Of a DNA stretch of 64,000 nt, positions 1-11,818 are shown one piece after another. This stretch comes from Toensbergia leucococca (lineage: Eukaryota). The notes beneath the pieces are model-generated. The model searched no databases and was not told where the DNA came from. It saw only the letters and a list, made by a program, of their open reading frames with translations. Made by a program: the position numbers and the translations under genes. Location of the stretch: assembly GCA_022813965.1 (NCBI GenBank), contig JALDZS010000119.1, positions 1 through 64,000 of the forward strand. The letters run 5' to 3'. Each line of letters opens with the position of its first letter. Position 1 is the first letter of the stretch.

Positions 1-109
1 AACTTCCACGGTTGAATTGATGTTCATACTTGTAGAATAGGTGAAAATCACGATAACTGACCTGTTCTATGCCAAGCCGCAGTTCCTACGTTGGCCATTT
101 GCAATACTT

Positions 110-1440
110 TAAAAATTGACCTCGTACCTAATTCACATACTATCATTATGAACTCATCCTCATCGGTGGGGTGTTCTCATGAAAATTTCACCGTTCAACT
201 TCTTTTCAGAACATCAAAAGTCAGACATCTTCATTTAGTCATTTAAATTATCAAGATGCCTTCATATCATGACTCAAGGACACACAGCTATGGATCTTGA
301 GAACCAACTGAAAGCTGCCGTTGTGTATTACTGACATTTTAATCTCAGGTTTTATTTGAAGATTGTGAAGGTCTAGAAGGTGAGGCTTTGACTTGACATC
401 AGGGAGGAGATGAGGGGTCATACTGAGGGTGATGAGGGGGTTGAAAAGGGAAAGAAAAACGTAAGTAATCTGACTGAAATGTGAGTAAGCAGATCTTCAA
501 TGATAGAACTTTTAGAAGGGTGTGACCTCTGCTTCCGGCGCCATGATGGGGGATCAGGGAGGTTTGAATTGCATTGCTATTGCTATTGCTATTGCTTGAC
601 ATAAGATACTAGCTCGCATACTATGATTGTGAATTCATATCTTCATTGGTGGGGTGTTCTCATGAATATTTCAGCTTTTTAACTTCTCTTCTGAAGACCA
701 TTGAAAGTCAAGATTTTTGAGTTTGTGAACTTTTGTTGTGGGGATGGTTGTGTTGTTTGTTTGGAGGGGAGGTAGGAGGGTTTGGGGGAGGAGAGGGAGG
801 GAGAAGGAAGGGAAAGGGAGGAAGAAGGTGAGGGGAGAGAGGTGAAGGGGAGGGGAGGGGGAGGTGAGAGTGGGGGAGGAAGAAGAGATGGCACTGCAGG
901 AGGAGGGCGTCAGGTATTGAAACCAGCTGCTTGAAAGCAGAAATGATTGAATTGTTTAGCAATGTCAGTAGCCGGCCTTCACCAAAAATGCTCAACAATC
1001 AAAGCTCTCCTCTTTCACCACCATCTCCTCTTTCTCTCCTCCCTCCTTCTTCTCCTTCCCCTCTCTCTCCACCTCCGCCTTTCTCTCCACCTCCGCCTTC
1101 ACCTCTCTCTTTTTCCATCTTCTCTGATTCTTTCTCTGCCTTCTCGCCTTCCGATTCAGCTTCTTTCTCTCAACCCCTTCTACAGTGAATGCATGCTGCT
1201 GTTGCTGTTGCTGTTGCTGTTGTTGTTGTTGCTTTTGTTTTTGCTGTTGCTGGTACTGCTGTTGTTGTTGCTGGTACTGCTGTCGTTGTTGCTGGTACTG
1301 CTGCCGTTGTTGCTGGTACTGCTGTCGCTGTTGCTGGTACTGCTGTCGCTGTTGCTGGTACTGCTGTCGCTGTTGCTGGTACTCCTGTAGTTGTTGCTGC
1401 TGCTGCTGGTGCTGTCGCTGACTCTATGGTTCATGCCGTT
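110..1440 (-). pseudogene. Degenerate low-complexity coding-like segment (possible transposon relic), running off the left edge of the window
   Basis: Minus-strand frames give polyQ or S/N-rich, then K/E/R-rich, then P/S-rich stretches, broken by TGA/TAA stops. An internal diverged duplication lies at ~130-235 vs ~610-720. The reading frame and family could not be fixed. Confidence 0.35.
1198..1420. repeat. 21-bp minisatellite (GTTGCTGGTACTGCTGTCGCT-like) embedded in GCT/GTT triplet repeats
   Basis: Directly visible, about 7 imperfect units; reads QRQQYQQ on one minus frame. Confidence 0.9.
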
Positions 1441-1691
1441 TAGCTACCGAAGAGTCCCAATTTAACAATCGTGCTTTACAGTCAGACCTACCGCCTGGCT
1501 CTCACTGTTGAATGTGGTCCTGCCGTGGTAGCGAAATTCTGACATTTTAGTTATCGTCCCAGGCGAAGACACAGGAAGCTGGGGCGGCGGAAACGGGGGA
1601 GCCTAATAATTTGTACCTCTTAGCCACCCAGGAGTCTACAATTGGAGAATATGGTTAACACTTAGACCTACGTCGACGATAGCACCATTGA

Positions 1692-1727
1692 CTAGATGTA
1701 TCGGTTTGCCGTTGAGAAACAACGGCA
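1692..1727 (-). mobile_element. Candidate Helitron 3' terminus (hairpin + CTAG|T)
   Basis: Minus strand reads TGCCGTTG-TTTCT-CAACGGCA (perfect 8-bp stem), an 11-nt spacer, CTAG, then T. This is the canonical Helitron 3' geometry. No RepHel gene or 5' end is identifiable. Confidence 0.45.
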
Positions 1728-2665
1728 TCACCTGCCCGGGCAAGATCTATGAAATAAGCGGTCAGCGAGGCCTATACACAGAGAAGGTATTGGGCATGAA
1801 TGAAGTATAGTAGGTTGTTTACTCACTTCTTGGTACGCTTTCAAGGCATCATTGGCCCGCGAGGGCTTACATATGATATTCATTTCCACCGTTGGACCGT
1901 TACGAAAGGAGATGCTTGGTTTGGAGGGAGGTCTTGGATGAAGGAAATCAAGAGAACGACAAATCTCAACAACGACGACTGGCCCTTGGGAGAGTGTGAA
2001 GATGAAATTGGGAGAAACAGGAATTCTTTACAGTGAACGCTCAATGGGAAATATTTTCATTGTGCGAGCTAGGTAGGTACCTACCTATTCACTCTACCTA
2101 TTGCCGAGCTCGTCATCAGCAAGGGCTAGCAGTCTTCTACGTAGCGAAGTAACATTTTTGACCTACTTCAATTTCCAAAACCTCTTGAGGAGTACATGGA
2201 TCGGAGTCTATAAAGTATTTAAGGACTTGCAGTTGCCTACTTATGCTTTGCAGCCGTCTTTGAAGAGATATCTGTGGAAGTTGGAAAGCATAACAGGTCA
2301 AAGATTTGCTGGGCTGGAAGCTGCTAGCCCTAGATGACGACTGGCTTGGCAAAATCGCAGTGAATCAATGAGGGGCGGTTTCCTCATTTAGCTGTAATCA
2401 CCGTCTGGTCTCTCTGATCATCCTGTCTTGTGCTGCTGTAATTCTTTGACCAAGTTGAAGCTTCATGAATCAATGATATCCTAAATTCTGTTACGCTCCT
2501 CAAAGGAGTCTTCTATCTCGGAGAAAAGGACCAGAGTCTTTGAAGACCTCGCCGATATCTTCATAACCATTCTCGCAAAGTCCATAAGCCTGAAACGTAA
2601 GTGCTTCATACCCAAGATTTGTCCCCCAGTGTACGTGCCTTGCTAGCTGTTAATCAACATGATAG

Positions 2666-3384
2666 ATGCCTACTCACACCATCAATCTCACGAAACTTCC
2701 TGCTGGCGATACCGTCAACATCATCGGTTCCCACAAGCGCAAGGTCGCCAGCGTAGGTCTAAATCTCGTTCCCAAAGCTGAGTGGCTAACAATGACATAT
2801 ACTATAATTCGCAGCACCAGCTATCTCTGAGGTTCAAAAGGCGGAAAAGAAGAGAAAGTCGAATGAGAGGAGGGGAAAGAGAAGAGCCAAAAGGGAGACG
2901 GTGGCGGAGGAGCTGGCGGCGGAGGCGACGGAGGGCGCATGTTTATTCGTGCGGTCCGTTCATCTGCTCCATTCTCCTATTCTCTCAACTAATTGTAGAG
3001 AAGCGGCTACGGCGGCCCAAATGTAGCCTTCGAGACTCTTAAGAGAAAGTTTGAGGAATTTGGAACAGTGACAGTAAGTACATCTGATCCCTCTCTCAAA
3101 TGTTTCATCTGCAATTTTCTGATACAGAAGAGCAGGCCTTTCTTAAACGCCCCAAGTCTGCTTTCATTATGATGTCCTCTGTCATCGAGGCAGAGACGGC
3201 GTTGTTTAGCCTGCACGGGAGTGCGTCTGGAGTTGACATTCTTAAGGTCATAAAGGCAACGCCGCGAAGGGACATTGAGCAGGTTGAGGAAGAAGTAGGT
3301 GAGATGGGCGAGGGCGGGGTGTTCAAGAGGAAACCCCTGGAGGTTGAGGAAGGCCGAGCCGCTAGAGAATGTTGTGAAGATTGA
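2666..3384 (+). CDS. Divergent single-RRM (RNA recognition motif) protein, multi-exon
   Basis: Splicing introns ~2954-3003 and ~3074-3132/3135 gives CLFVRGYGGPNVAFETLKRKFEEFGTVT..AFLKRPKSAFIMMSSVIEAETALFSLHG..LKVIKATPR (RNP2- and RNP1-like). A K/R-rich segment precedes it. The start and first intron are uncertain. Confidence 0.6.
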
Positions 3385-4014
3385 AGGAGTAGGGGACTTG
3401 GGCGAGGGCGGGGGGATATAAGCTAGGGGTTGGTGTTCGGGGGTTGGGGCCTGAGTGGGGGGTTTAGGGACGAGATTTTGCTTGACGGGAGGCGACGTTC
3501 GTCGTTTTTTCTAAGCAAAGAAATTATGCTTTTTCTTCTCCTCTTATATCATTGAAAGGATTCTTACTAGCACTCCTAGTGAGGTAACGCCAATTAGCAT
3601 TTTCATGATACTGTGGAATCCTTGGCGCCACTCGTCGGCGCGAGATAAATGTGATGGGGGTGACAAGGGTTTTCGCGAGGGAAACTCCACTCGTTACCAC
3701 CCATTTTTATCCTTCTATCTCTACCTTTCTATCATTCTATTTCTACCGTTTCCATGACTTAATAGCTTTGCCTTTAGTCTCAAGAACCTGCCTGCATCTA
3801 TCTCCCTTTTAACAATCTTCCACCTTGCTTGGAACCCTTGAGATCCATCTCCATAACCATACCATCAGATTGAGACCAACGACAATTCCCTCTGACATTC
3901 AAAGCCGAAGAGTTCCTGCTTCGCTTGAGATGAGGTTTCCGAGGCTGAGGAAAAGCCTTCTTGGAGTACGCATTAGGTCATTGAAGTTTGGTAGTATCGG
4001 GCTCAAGCCTTCTA

Positions 4015-4248
4015 CTTACTACACTTAACCGTCTTGTCGAGCAAAGCGGCGAACGGTCCTCTGCCATTACAGCAAACCTTACAATTGCCCCAAGTCGCAG
4101 TTCCCTGGGCGTTGGGGTGGGCGCCCGTTGCTTGACAGGTTTTCCACGCTTTTCTCTTTTAGCAGACAGTGCAATCATCAAAGTTGTGCTGGTTGTTCAT
4201 ATTGCGACAAACCCTACAATGCCCAACCACGCCTGAGTCTGTACTCAT
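4015..4248 (-). pseudogene. Small Cys-rich, RanBP2-like zinc-finger ORF with a premature stop
   Basis: ATG at 4248: MSTDSGVVGHCRVCRNMNNQHNFDDCTVC* (TAA at 4161-4159), continuing in frame KRKAWKTC...WGNCKVCCNG. Confidence 0.3.
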
Positions 4249-4526
4249 TTCTTTAGTTAGTCTTCCTCAGCTGCAGCGAACAAGTCTTTGAATTCCCCCA
4301 ATTTCACAGTCGAAAATTGTAATCATAGGAGGTTCTCACTGTGTTCATTCTACCGCATGAATTGCCAAACAAGCCCCAGTCAACACATGATCAAAGATCA
4401 ATTATCATCAACATTGACACAGATCAACCTCCGATATCGATTGATGTATAACGTCTCACTTTGACAAACCCCAAAATCTATTACAACTACCCTTCTCAAC
4501 TCTTAAGATACCTTGATCTAACGCAG

Positions 4527-6623
4527 ATGACGCCATATTCAGACAGGTTAGAGCATCAAGTAAGCCAAATCCTCTCCAGCAAGCCTTGCCCTTGGGTGCA
4601 ATATTAGGTTTGAATAACTCATTGCATCATTTGATAGCCACTACAGCCTAGTCCCACCGATATTCATGCAGTATATTCTGGAGCCAGCAAATACTGGACT
4701 GATGAGGCGCATACCGCTTCTCATGGAATTGAGATTGGCCTCAACAGCGGACAATTTGACCCTCGGCAAATGTTAGGCCGAGTACCACCTTTGCCGGACC
4801 GTAGACGGTATGGCCTACTGGCATCAGCATCGTTTCCATCGTTTCTATCGACCAAATGGCGCATTACGGGGTCCGGTGATTGTGACGTCGCCAGTTTACC
4901 CGAACAGACGTCTTCAGTTTTGCTGAGATTACAGAGCAGCTCTCCTACCAACGTCACCCTAAATGGAGACAGTTTCCGCAAATGGACTGAATGGGAAGGG
5001 AATGAGGCGCCGAACCTGCTAGCAGTATTGACTTTGGCCTGGTCCTACATTCTCTCTGCTCGTCTGGTTGAGTTACAAGGCAGCCACGAGTCACTACTGT
5101 CCTACACCCAAAGTGCGGCTCCTGTTGAACGTCGTGATGAAAACAGGCTGAACGTTTCCGTGGACGTTGGTGATGTGGACTCAAGAACGATGCGGTGGTT
5201 TACTGCTATCCTGACTCCTGGTGTTGGCTTCCGAGCCACTCTCGATAAGAATGGGAAGTACAGCAGTCACAGCCCATGGGCATATTCCCTTCCTGTCCAT
5301 GCGCCCCACTTCAGCATTGAGTGCAGAGAATGCGACGAAAATGTAAAGATGACCGATGAGACACCTTTGACCTCTCATCAAGGATTGCAGAGCCTGATTA
5401 CTTTTGTTAATCGATGCGGTGTGAGTAGCCATCAACTTCATGCAGCCCTTGCGACGGCACTTCTCTTCCCTACTCTCAATTCTCTCAGGGTCCATGCAGC
5501 TCTTCCCCGTCCCGCAGTAGGAAACATGAAGCCTTCTCCAGTAGGGCTTGGTAGCGAGGAACTTAATCTATTGACCCGCGACCTTCCCTATTACATGACA
5601 CTAAGTTGCGCGAGCGAAGTTGTCAACTCAAGTTTGTGTGGGGTATTCTGGAATCCCTACATATCTAGTAATCTTGCTAGTCCCTGGCTAAAGCCTGTTC
5701 TGGATCTTAAATATACAAAGACCTGCCAGGATGCTCCTGGACACTATAATGAGATTCTGGCAGTAATCAGCGCCCGACGCGCTCCAAATATCGCATATCT
5801 GTGTCTAGCTGCTGCAATTAGCGGCTTTACTTCAACGATTCTGAAACAGGTGTTAAAAAGTCAACAGCCCCTTGATCGACATGCTTTTGCTTGGACTGGG
5901 GTTCCACAGTCGTTCATGGACCTAGCAGGTGAAGGCGACTATTATGAGATGCACTTTTCTCGTCCATATATACGGAGAGCGGACTGCTGGCGGCTTCGAA
6001 AACTTCCTCCTACTGTCGACGACGATCTACATTATGGGAGCGGCCCCTTCACGCCCTGGGCACCTCCTGGCTATGGACTTTTGAAGAATTGTCCTCTACG
6101 GGTACAAGTTCATCAGCACTGCTATAGACATGCTCTGGCATATGAAGGGGCAACGTGGCTCTTCAGTGATGCGATCATGTTGGAGAATGATCTGGGCCGA
6201 GATGCTGTGACTCCACATGTTTTTAAAGACCGGGTTTTCGAAGAATCTGATGTCTCCCATGACATTGAATCCCTGGACAATGAAGGAACGTCGATAGATG
6301 CAACGGTATGTGCATTCACCTGGGTTCTTGTCAATGGTGAGGGAATACCTCCTGAGGATGTGTACAAGGATTCATGGTTGCTTGGAATAGCTGACGAGGA
6401 CTCGGAAAACGAAGAGAGAATTTCAGGTGATGATAGCTCCGATGTTGGAGGTTCACAAGGGGATGGAAACAGGGCTGACTACTTGGCGGAACGGAAAGTC
6501 AGAATGGGTCAAGATGCTACCGTGATGGATTCGAAAAGTTGTGATAATGGGATGCTGAATGTGATACACGACGCAAAGCCTCGAGAAGAATCTGCAGAAC
6601 GCCAAAGCTGCAAAGAAAGCTAG
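4527..6623 (+). CDS. Uncharacterised fungal protein (~670 aa), 2 exons
   Basis: The 617-aa ORF extends upstream in frame to an acceptor at 4637. Exon 1 is 4527-4559 (MTPYSDRLEHQ) with a GTAAGC donor at 4560. The sequence is complex and globular with an acidic tail; no domain recognised with certainty. Confidence 0.75.
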
Positions 6624-7323
6624 TGATAAGGCCGTAAAGGATTCTGGTCATCAGGCCTTACAGGAGGCTAGTCAGAATTGTTCTACACGAGAATCACGTA
6701 AGTCTCTCACTTGTCCGAATTCCGAAAAAAATCGTCATTAGTATCTGCTAATCCTAAACATAGGAGTGACAACTATGATAAAAAGCTGATTGAGATTGAC
6801 AAAGTCCTGACTAGAGAGAAGTTCGTTTACGCAATGACCTCGGACAAACCAACCGAGATTGTCAATACCATCAAATTAGTGGGAGCTGACTTCACTTCTG
6901 GTAAAACCGCCGAGGGTATTGACAAGATCATTGAAAAAGTGTTTGAAGCACTCATGAGCAACACTGCGGCATTCAAACAGACAAAAATGACACAGTGAGA
7001 ACATACTTTCATTACTTTTGAGGTGAGGTTGCTCTGCTAATGATCATGTTTTTGCAGTGCAATCATCACAGAAGATATCAGAAACATCAATCACTTGAAT
7101 ATAATAATCTTTGAGTACAGCTTTAAGAGCATGACTCTCATTGAAAAATGTATCAGAGTTAAAGCTTGTTTAGTCATTAAGTCATTCATCAAAACTAATG
7201 ACATTAATGATAACATATTATAGACAATCATTGATTAGACATATCATCTTTCTTTAAAAGATAAGAAGTTAAATATCTACAAGAAGCTTTCTCAGATAAT
7301 AAAATCTGCAAAGAATCAATAAA
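6565..7323 (+). pseudogene. 5'-truncated, frameshifted, RIP-like-mutated intron-containing gene fragment
   Basis: Introns at 6698-6763 (GTAAGT..CTAAT..TAG) and ~6994-7057 (GTGAGA..CTAAT..CAG). The middle exon is open (SDNYDKKLIEIDKVL...). The last exon is very AT-rich with in-frame TAG stops. No start codon. Confidence 0.55.
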
Positions 7324-8114
7324 GATGTGTTTTATGAGATTGACAATGTGTGTAATTTATCCTGCTCTTCATTGACAGCATCACAGAAATGCATCATCTT
7401 AATACTAAGAACTTTGTGAAGAGAATAATTATTAATTTTGCATCACACTTGCACTTGATTCTCTGCTTATTTGCAAGCCATTTATCTGTTTCAATTGCCT
7501 TCATTCAACAGTATCACCTAGAAAACTGTCCTCATATCACTTACCTACCTTGAATCTATTTACTGTCATATCACATATCAATTCACCTTCATTTCACCTA
7601 CCTATTCACGTCTGTAATATCTATTCATTCATCTCTATCTAGAGGTGATAGAGGCAGTAATTTTTAAAACACCATGAACAGGTAAAACATCAAGACCTGT
7701 CACATGATTTGAATCAGTGAGGTATAAAGTATGAAATCAAGTAGAGAGACTGAGTGAATTTGTATTGAAAATCATCATCTTATCTCTATGCAATTACCCT
7801 CTCTCTCTCTTTGAAAATTAGCTAGCATACATATCACATCTCTCACATTTTCACAAAAGATCAAGAATATCCTTTTGGATTTACACAAAAAAAGAGTAAG
7901 TTATTCAGGAAAAGAAATACCTAGAATAGAATAATGAATTGCCACTACGATTTTTCAAATTCTGAAGTATTTCAAACATCACAACCAGAAAACCCCACAA
8001 AACAAAACGAAATCAAATATCCCCATCTCCCCATCCCCCCACCTAACCCCCTCCCCCAAAATCCCTCTAACCAAGGGAAAAAAAAAAGCATCCAAACACA
8101 CACCACCACCACCC

Positions 8115-9379
8115 TCACGCCGCCGCCGCAGCAATAGCATTCAACCAATTCGCAAGCCGATACCCACCCTTGGCAATCTGCTGCGCAATATACGGTTTCG
8201 CACCCGTATAATAGCTCCCACTCAACTCCTTGCCCGACTCCGATACTTTCAACACATATTGGCAATTGATCACATTGCTATCCGAAGCCCACTGAGTGGC
8301 ACAAGTGGACGCCGTGTTGACGTTCATGCAGGTGATCCAGCTGGCCTTTTGGCTCTCGTAGATGCCGCTGTTGATGGCGGTGATGAGAGTCTTTGCCCAG
8401 GCTTCGTAGTCGGCTACGCTGGAGCCGCCGGCGGATTCTTCGACCATCTATTTTGGAGCAAAACTTAAAAAGGGATTTTGCTTTCTTTGGAATTTTGAAT
8501 TTTTTCGTTTTGAAAGACTCACCTGTGTGTCCCAGCATGCGTGAAGGTTCGTGCTCTCGCCATTCCAGGTCACGTCTACTTCATTACCTCCAAGCTCATA
8601 GGCCTCGCAATGTAGTGGCTGAGTGATATCGCCACTTGCTTCAGTCAGCCTTCGCTAATGCCAAACGGAGATTTGTGATCAAAGACTTGTTCATACAGAA
8701 AATGAATGACGAATTCAAGAGCCTCTTTTGTGAGGGTGGCTGACTCAGTACCAGCAAGGAGTTGAGAGGTCTGTCTCGGATGTTGGCCGTATTAGAACGG
8801 ATCAATAAGATTCATACGGAAGTGCAGATATTGGGAAAGCTGACAAAGTGGTCCACGTACGTAATTTGAGATGGCTGAAACAATACAATTCGAGCTGCTG
8901 CAATCGCGAGACAATTCGACACTGCAAGAGCTCGGGGGCGAGTCCTCTGAACCAATGAATAAATTTAGTCCTTTTTCATTCGAAAAAGAGTAAGGAAAGG
9001 CAGCGAACCGGCATCGATGAAATGGAATGGTTCGGAAAATGCTCCGGCATTGGTCTCGCGATATGTATCCGCCCAAGAGGCTACAGAGGCCATTGTCACG
9101 CCAGAGCCCAGGATTTTCGACACATAGCTGCTTGCTTGAGATGTGAGGTAGTTGTTGGCAATTGTAGCTACGGTGGCCTGTATGTAGAGGAATAGTTAAT
9201 GACGCAGTTCAAAGTGATGGTTACAAGAAGACTGATTTAGGAAGTAAGAGTAAGGAGTTCATCTTTCAAAGTAACAAGGTAATCGAAATTGTATAACTTA
9301 CATGTCCGCTCACTCCCCACGCTAGGGTGCATGGAAAGGCAGCGAGGGAGGCCAAGGCAGTAGGAATCGAGACACGCAT
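8115..9379 (-). CDS. S1/P1 nuclease, secreted, 6 exons
   Basis: Signal peptide followed by WGVSGH; WAD, HFID, HFLGDITQPLH, GGN, NLHACWD and C-terminal QIAKGGYRLANWLN motifs after splicing. Confidence 0.95.
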
Positions 9380-10319
9380 GTTGTCGAAGATTTGATGTTC
9401 AGAGCAGTCAAGAACAACGACAGTATAACAGCAAGAGATTCAACAATGTGTTCTTGCAGAGAAAAGAGAAAGCACAGAAAAGTGGTCTTCTTTATGAAGT
9501 AGCAGATTCCAACAGACTGTTTCCTTCACCCAAGACCTCTCTCCACACTTGGGTAATACTCCGATGCGCAAGCGCTGCAGCCTACAAAGCGAGGCATCCT
9601 GGCAAACCAAAACGTCTCGAGGACGTCTATTTAGAAGCTTGAATCCAATAGAAGGTTGATAATGAAACGGTCCGTCCCACTCGTCCCGTGGTCAAAGGCC
9701 CGGAGGAGACGACAAGGCTATGAGTTATCGTCTTATCACAATGCGGAGATCGCCAAAGCAGCTCCATGAAATACGACGATTGGGCACGTTGAACCTCATG
9801 GGAGGCATGCTGTCGTCAAGTTGGTTGTGATGCTCCGCGCCCTAACGCAGCTGCCTATTGGACCAATCAGACGACCCACAGTCACAAATGCTATAGATCA
9901 AGCTCATTCATCAAAGCAGGCCAAGGTCAAAGGCAAGCCAATCAAACAACCACATTGAAAAACTGGTGATCAGAGGCAAGTGGGATACGGAGGAAGCGAC
10001 TTATTGGGAAGGTCTAAAGACGTTCCAAGTTGAATCAGAACGTATCAATCCTATCACGTTTCAAACTAACCAGGATCAGTCATCTATCAGCAAAAATACA
10101 GCTTTGTTACAATCCTACTCATACTCGAAGAAACATACAAGCAACTTTGATCTTTTTGGGTATAATTCTACCACTAAGAATCCCATTAATATTAATCATA
10201 CCATCGAATCGGATCTTCGGAACATCAATTCCTCTAAGCTTCTATGAAGGCCACCATTTGAACGCCAAGGAATTATGCACAGTCCCAAAAGTATAGTATT
10301 CAAAGTACATTTTAGAATT

Positions 10320-11818
10320 TCAAGGATCCCGCACCGTTGTTGTGACAGTGACAGTCTGTGTGACGGTAAAACCACCACTCGGTTGTACAGGTACAATCGT
10401 AATTCCAGAACCAGCAGAAGTCGATGTAGAAGTACTAGTTAGCTTAGCTTGCGATGCTTGAGCTGGTGAGTCTGCTGAAACCTCGGGAGAAGCTCCTGCC
10501 GCAGGTGTTGTTGGCGATAGAGGAGTTGCGGTCGAAGAAAAGCTCGCAAATGAAATGATGATGGGTGAATCCGTCGACGTGCTTTGTGATGGAGGTTCCG
10601 ATGAAGTCGCAACATATGTACTGGTCGATGATGAGCTGGTCGTAGTAGGCTGTGTCCGAGTAGTGGTAGATCCCGCTTGCGGACTTGGTTCAACTTGTGA
10701 TGACGAAGGCGGCGAGGAAGTCTCAACAGATGTAGTCGAGCCTATCAGAGTACTTGATATGCTGACAAAGCTATTACCAGGACTAGTTGTAGTTGTTGGA
10801 CTGCTTGTCGTGGAAGGCGTTACTTGCAATGTACTCGTTGATGGTGTAGATGAGACTGCTGTGGTCGAGACTGCCAACGAAGTTGGCGAATATAGGGAGG
10901 CATCAGCACTATTCGAAGAGCTTGGTTGTGAGAACGATGAGCCAGGGGCCAGGCTCGCTATGCTATTTGTGGCGGAAGCTGGAGACTGTGAAGTCAAAAT
11001 TGAAAAAGACGGCTGCGTTGGCACAGTGGAGGTCGTATTTGAAGCTGCTTGGGTAATGCTGGCAAATGTACTAGACAAGTGGTCAGTACTAAGAGAAGCA
11101 CTGACACTAGAGAACAAAGAAGATATTGGCAAATCGCTCGACGCGGTAGGTGAAGACGGAGTCGTGTTAGGAATAGTTGAAGATTGTGCTTTAGTGTACG
11201 AAAGCGAAAGCCCTGTAGGTCTATCCACAGGACTTGTAGAGGTCGGCGTAACAGTATTTGTATCGCTCAAAGAGTATTGCCTTGAGAAAGATATTGAAGG
11301 AGTGGTACTTGAGGAGGTACTCGCAGCGGGGGTAATTGAGGAGAAGATACTTGAGGAGGTACTCGAGGCGGCGGCACTTAAATCGGTGTGACTTGAAACA
11401 ACGATGCTTGTTGTGGTAGGACTAGAAGCTGTGGGGTTCAAATTTGTAGACGGTGATCCTAAGCCATTGGCGAAAGCCGGAACCGAGCCGATCTGCTTTG
11501 ATGAGACGACGGTCGAAGTCTGAATTCCAGATAAAGAACTCGCAGGATCTACCGTTATGGGCAGTGAAGACAAGGTAGATGAATACAAGGACGTCTCGGG
11601 AGATGTGCTCGACAATGTAAGAGATGACGAGGGTAATGTAGAGATGCTGGATTGATTATTGAAACGAGCAGACAAAGGAAATCTAGACTTCATCAGTTGC
11701 AGTATTTGACAGTGAGAGAGTTATGCATATCTTACCGCACGAAAGGTCTAACGGGCCCAGCGACAGCAAGGTAAGAACATGAGTTGACTGCCAGCAGTAT
11801 CAAGATGTTTGATCGCAT
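10320..11818 (-). CDS. Secreted Ser/Thr-rich (mucin-like, cell-surface) protein, 2 exons
   Basis: Exon 1 MRSNILILLAVNSCSYLAVAGPVRPFVR looks like a signal peptide. A GTAAGA intron joins it to a ~450-aa S/T/P-rich ORF ending TVTQTVTVTTTVRDP. Confidence 0.8.

Noticed and set aside
947..1443. Poly-Cys, poly-Leu and AVAGT ORFs on the + strand
   Set aside because: They are translations of the GCT/GTT minisatellite, which is open in nearly every frame; not evidence for a metallothionein or membrane protein.
1440..1544. Possible LTR starting TGTCAG on the minus strand at 1544
   Set aside because: No second copy, TSD, PBS or pol sequence in the window.
7512..7650. Possible MITE (TATCACCT...AGGTGATA)
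   Set aside because: Only an 8-bp inverted match in AT-rich degenerate DNA; compatible with chance.
10555..11391. 278-aa V/E/G-rich ORF on the + strand
   Set aside because: Antisense shadow of the Ser/Thr-rich gene.
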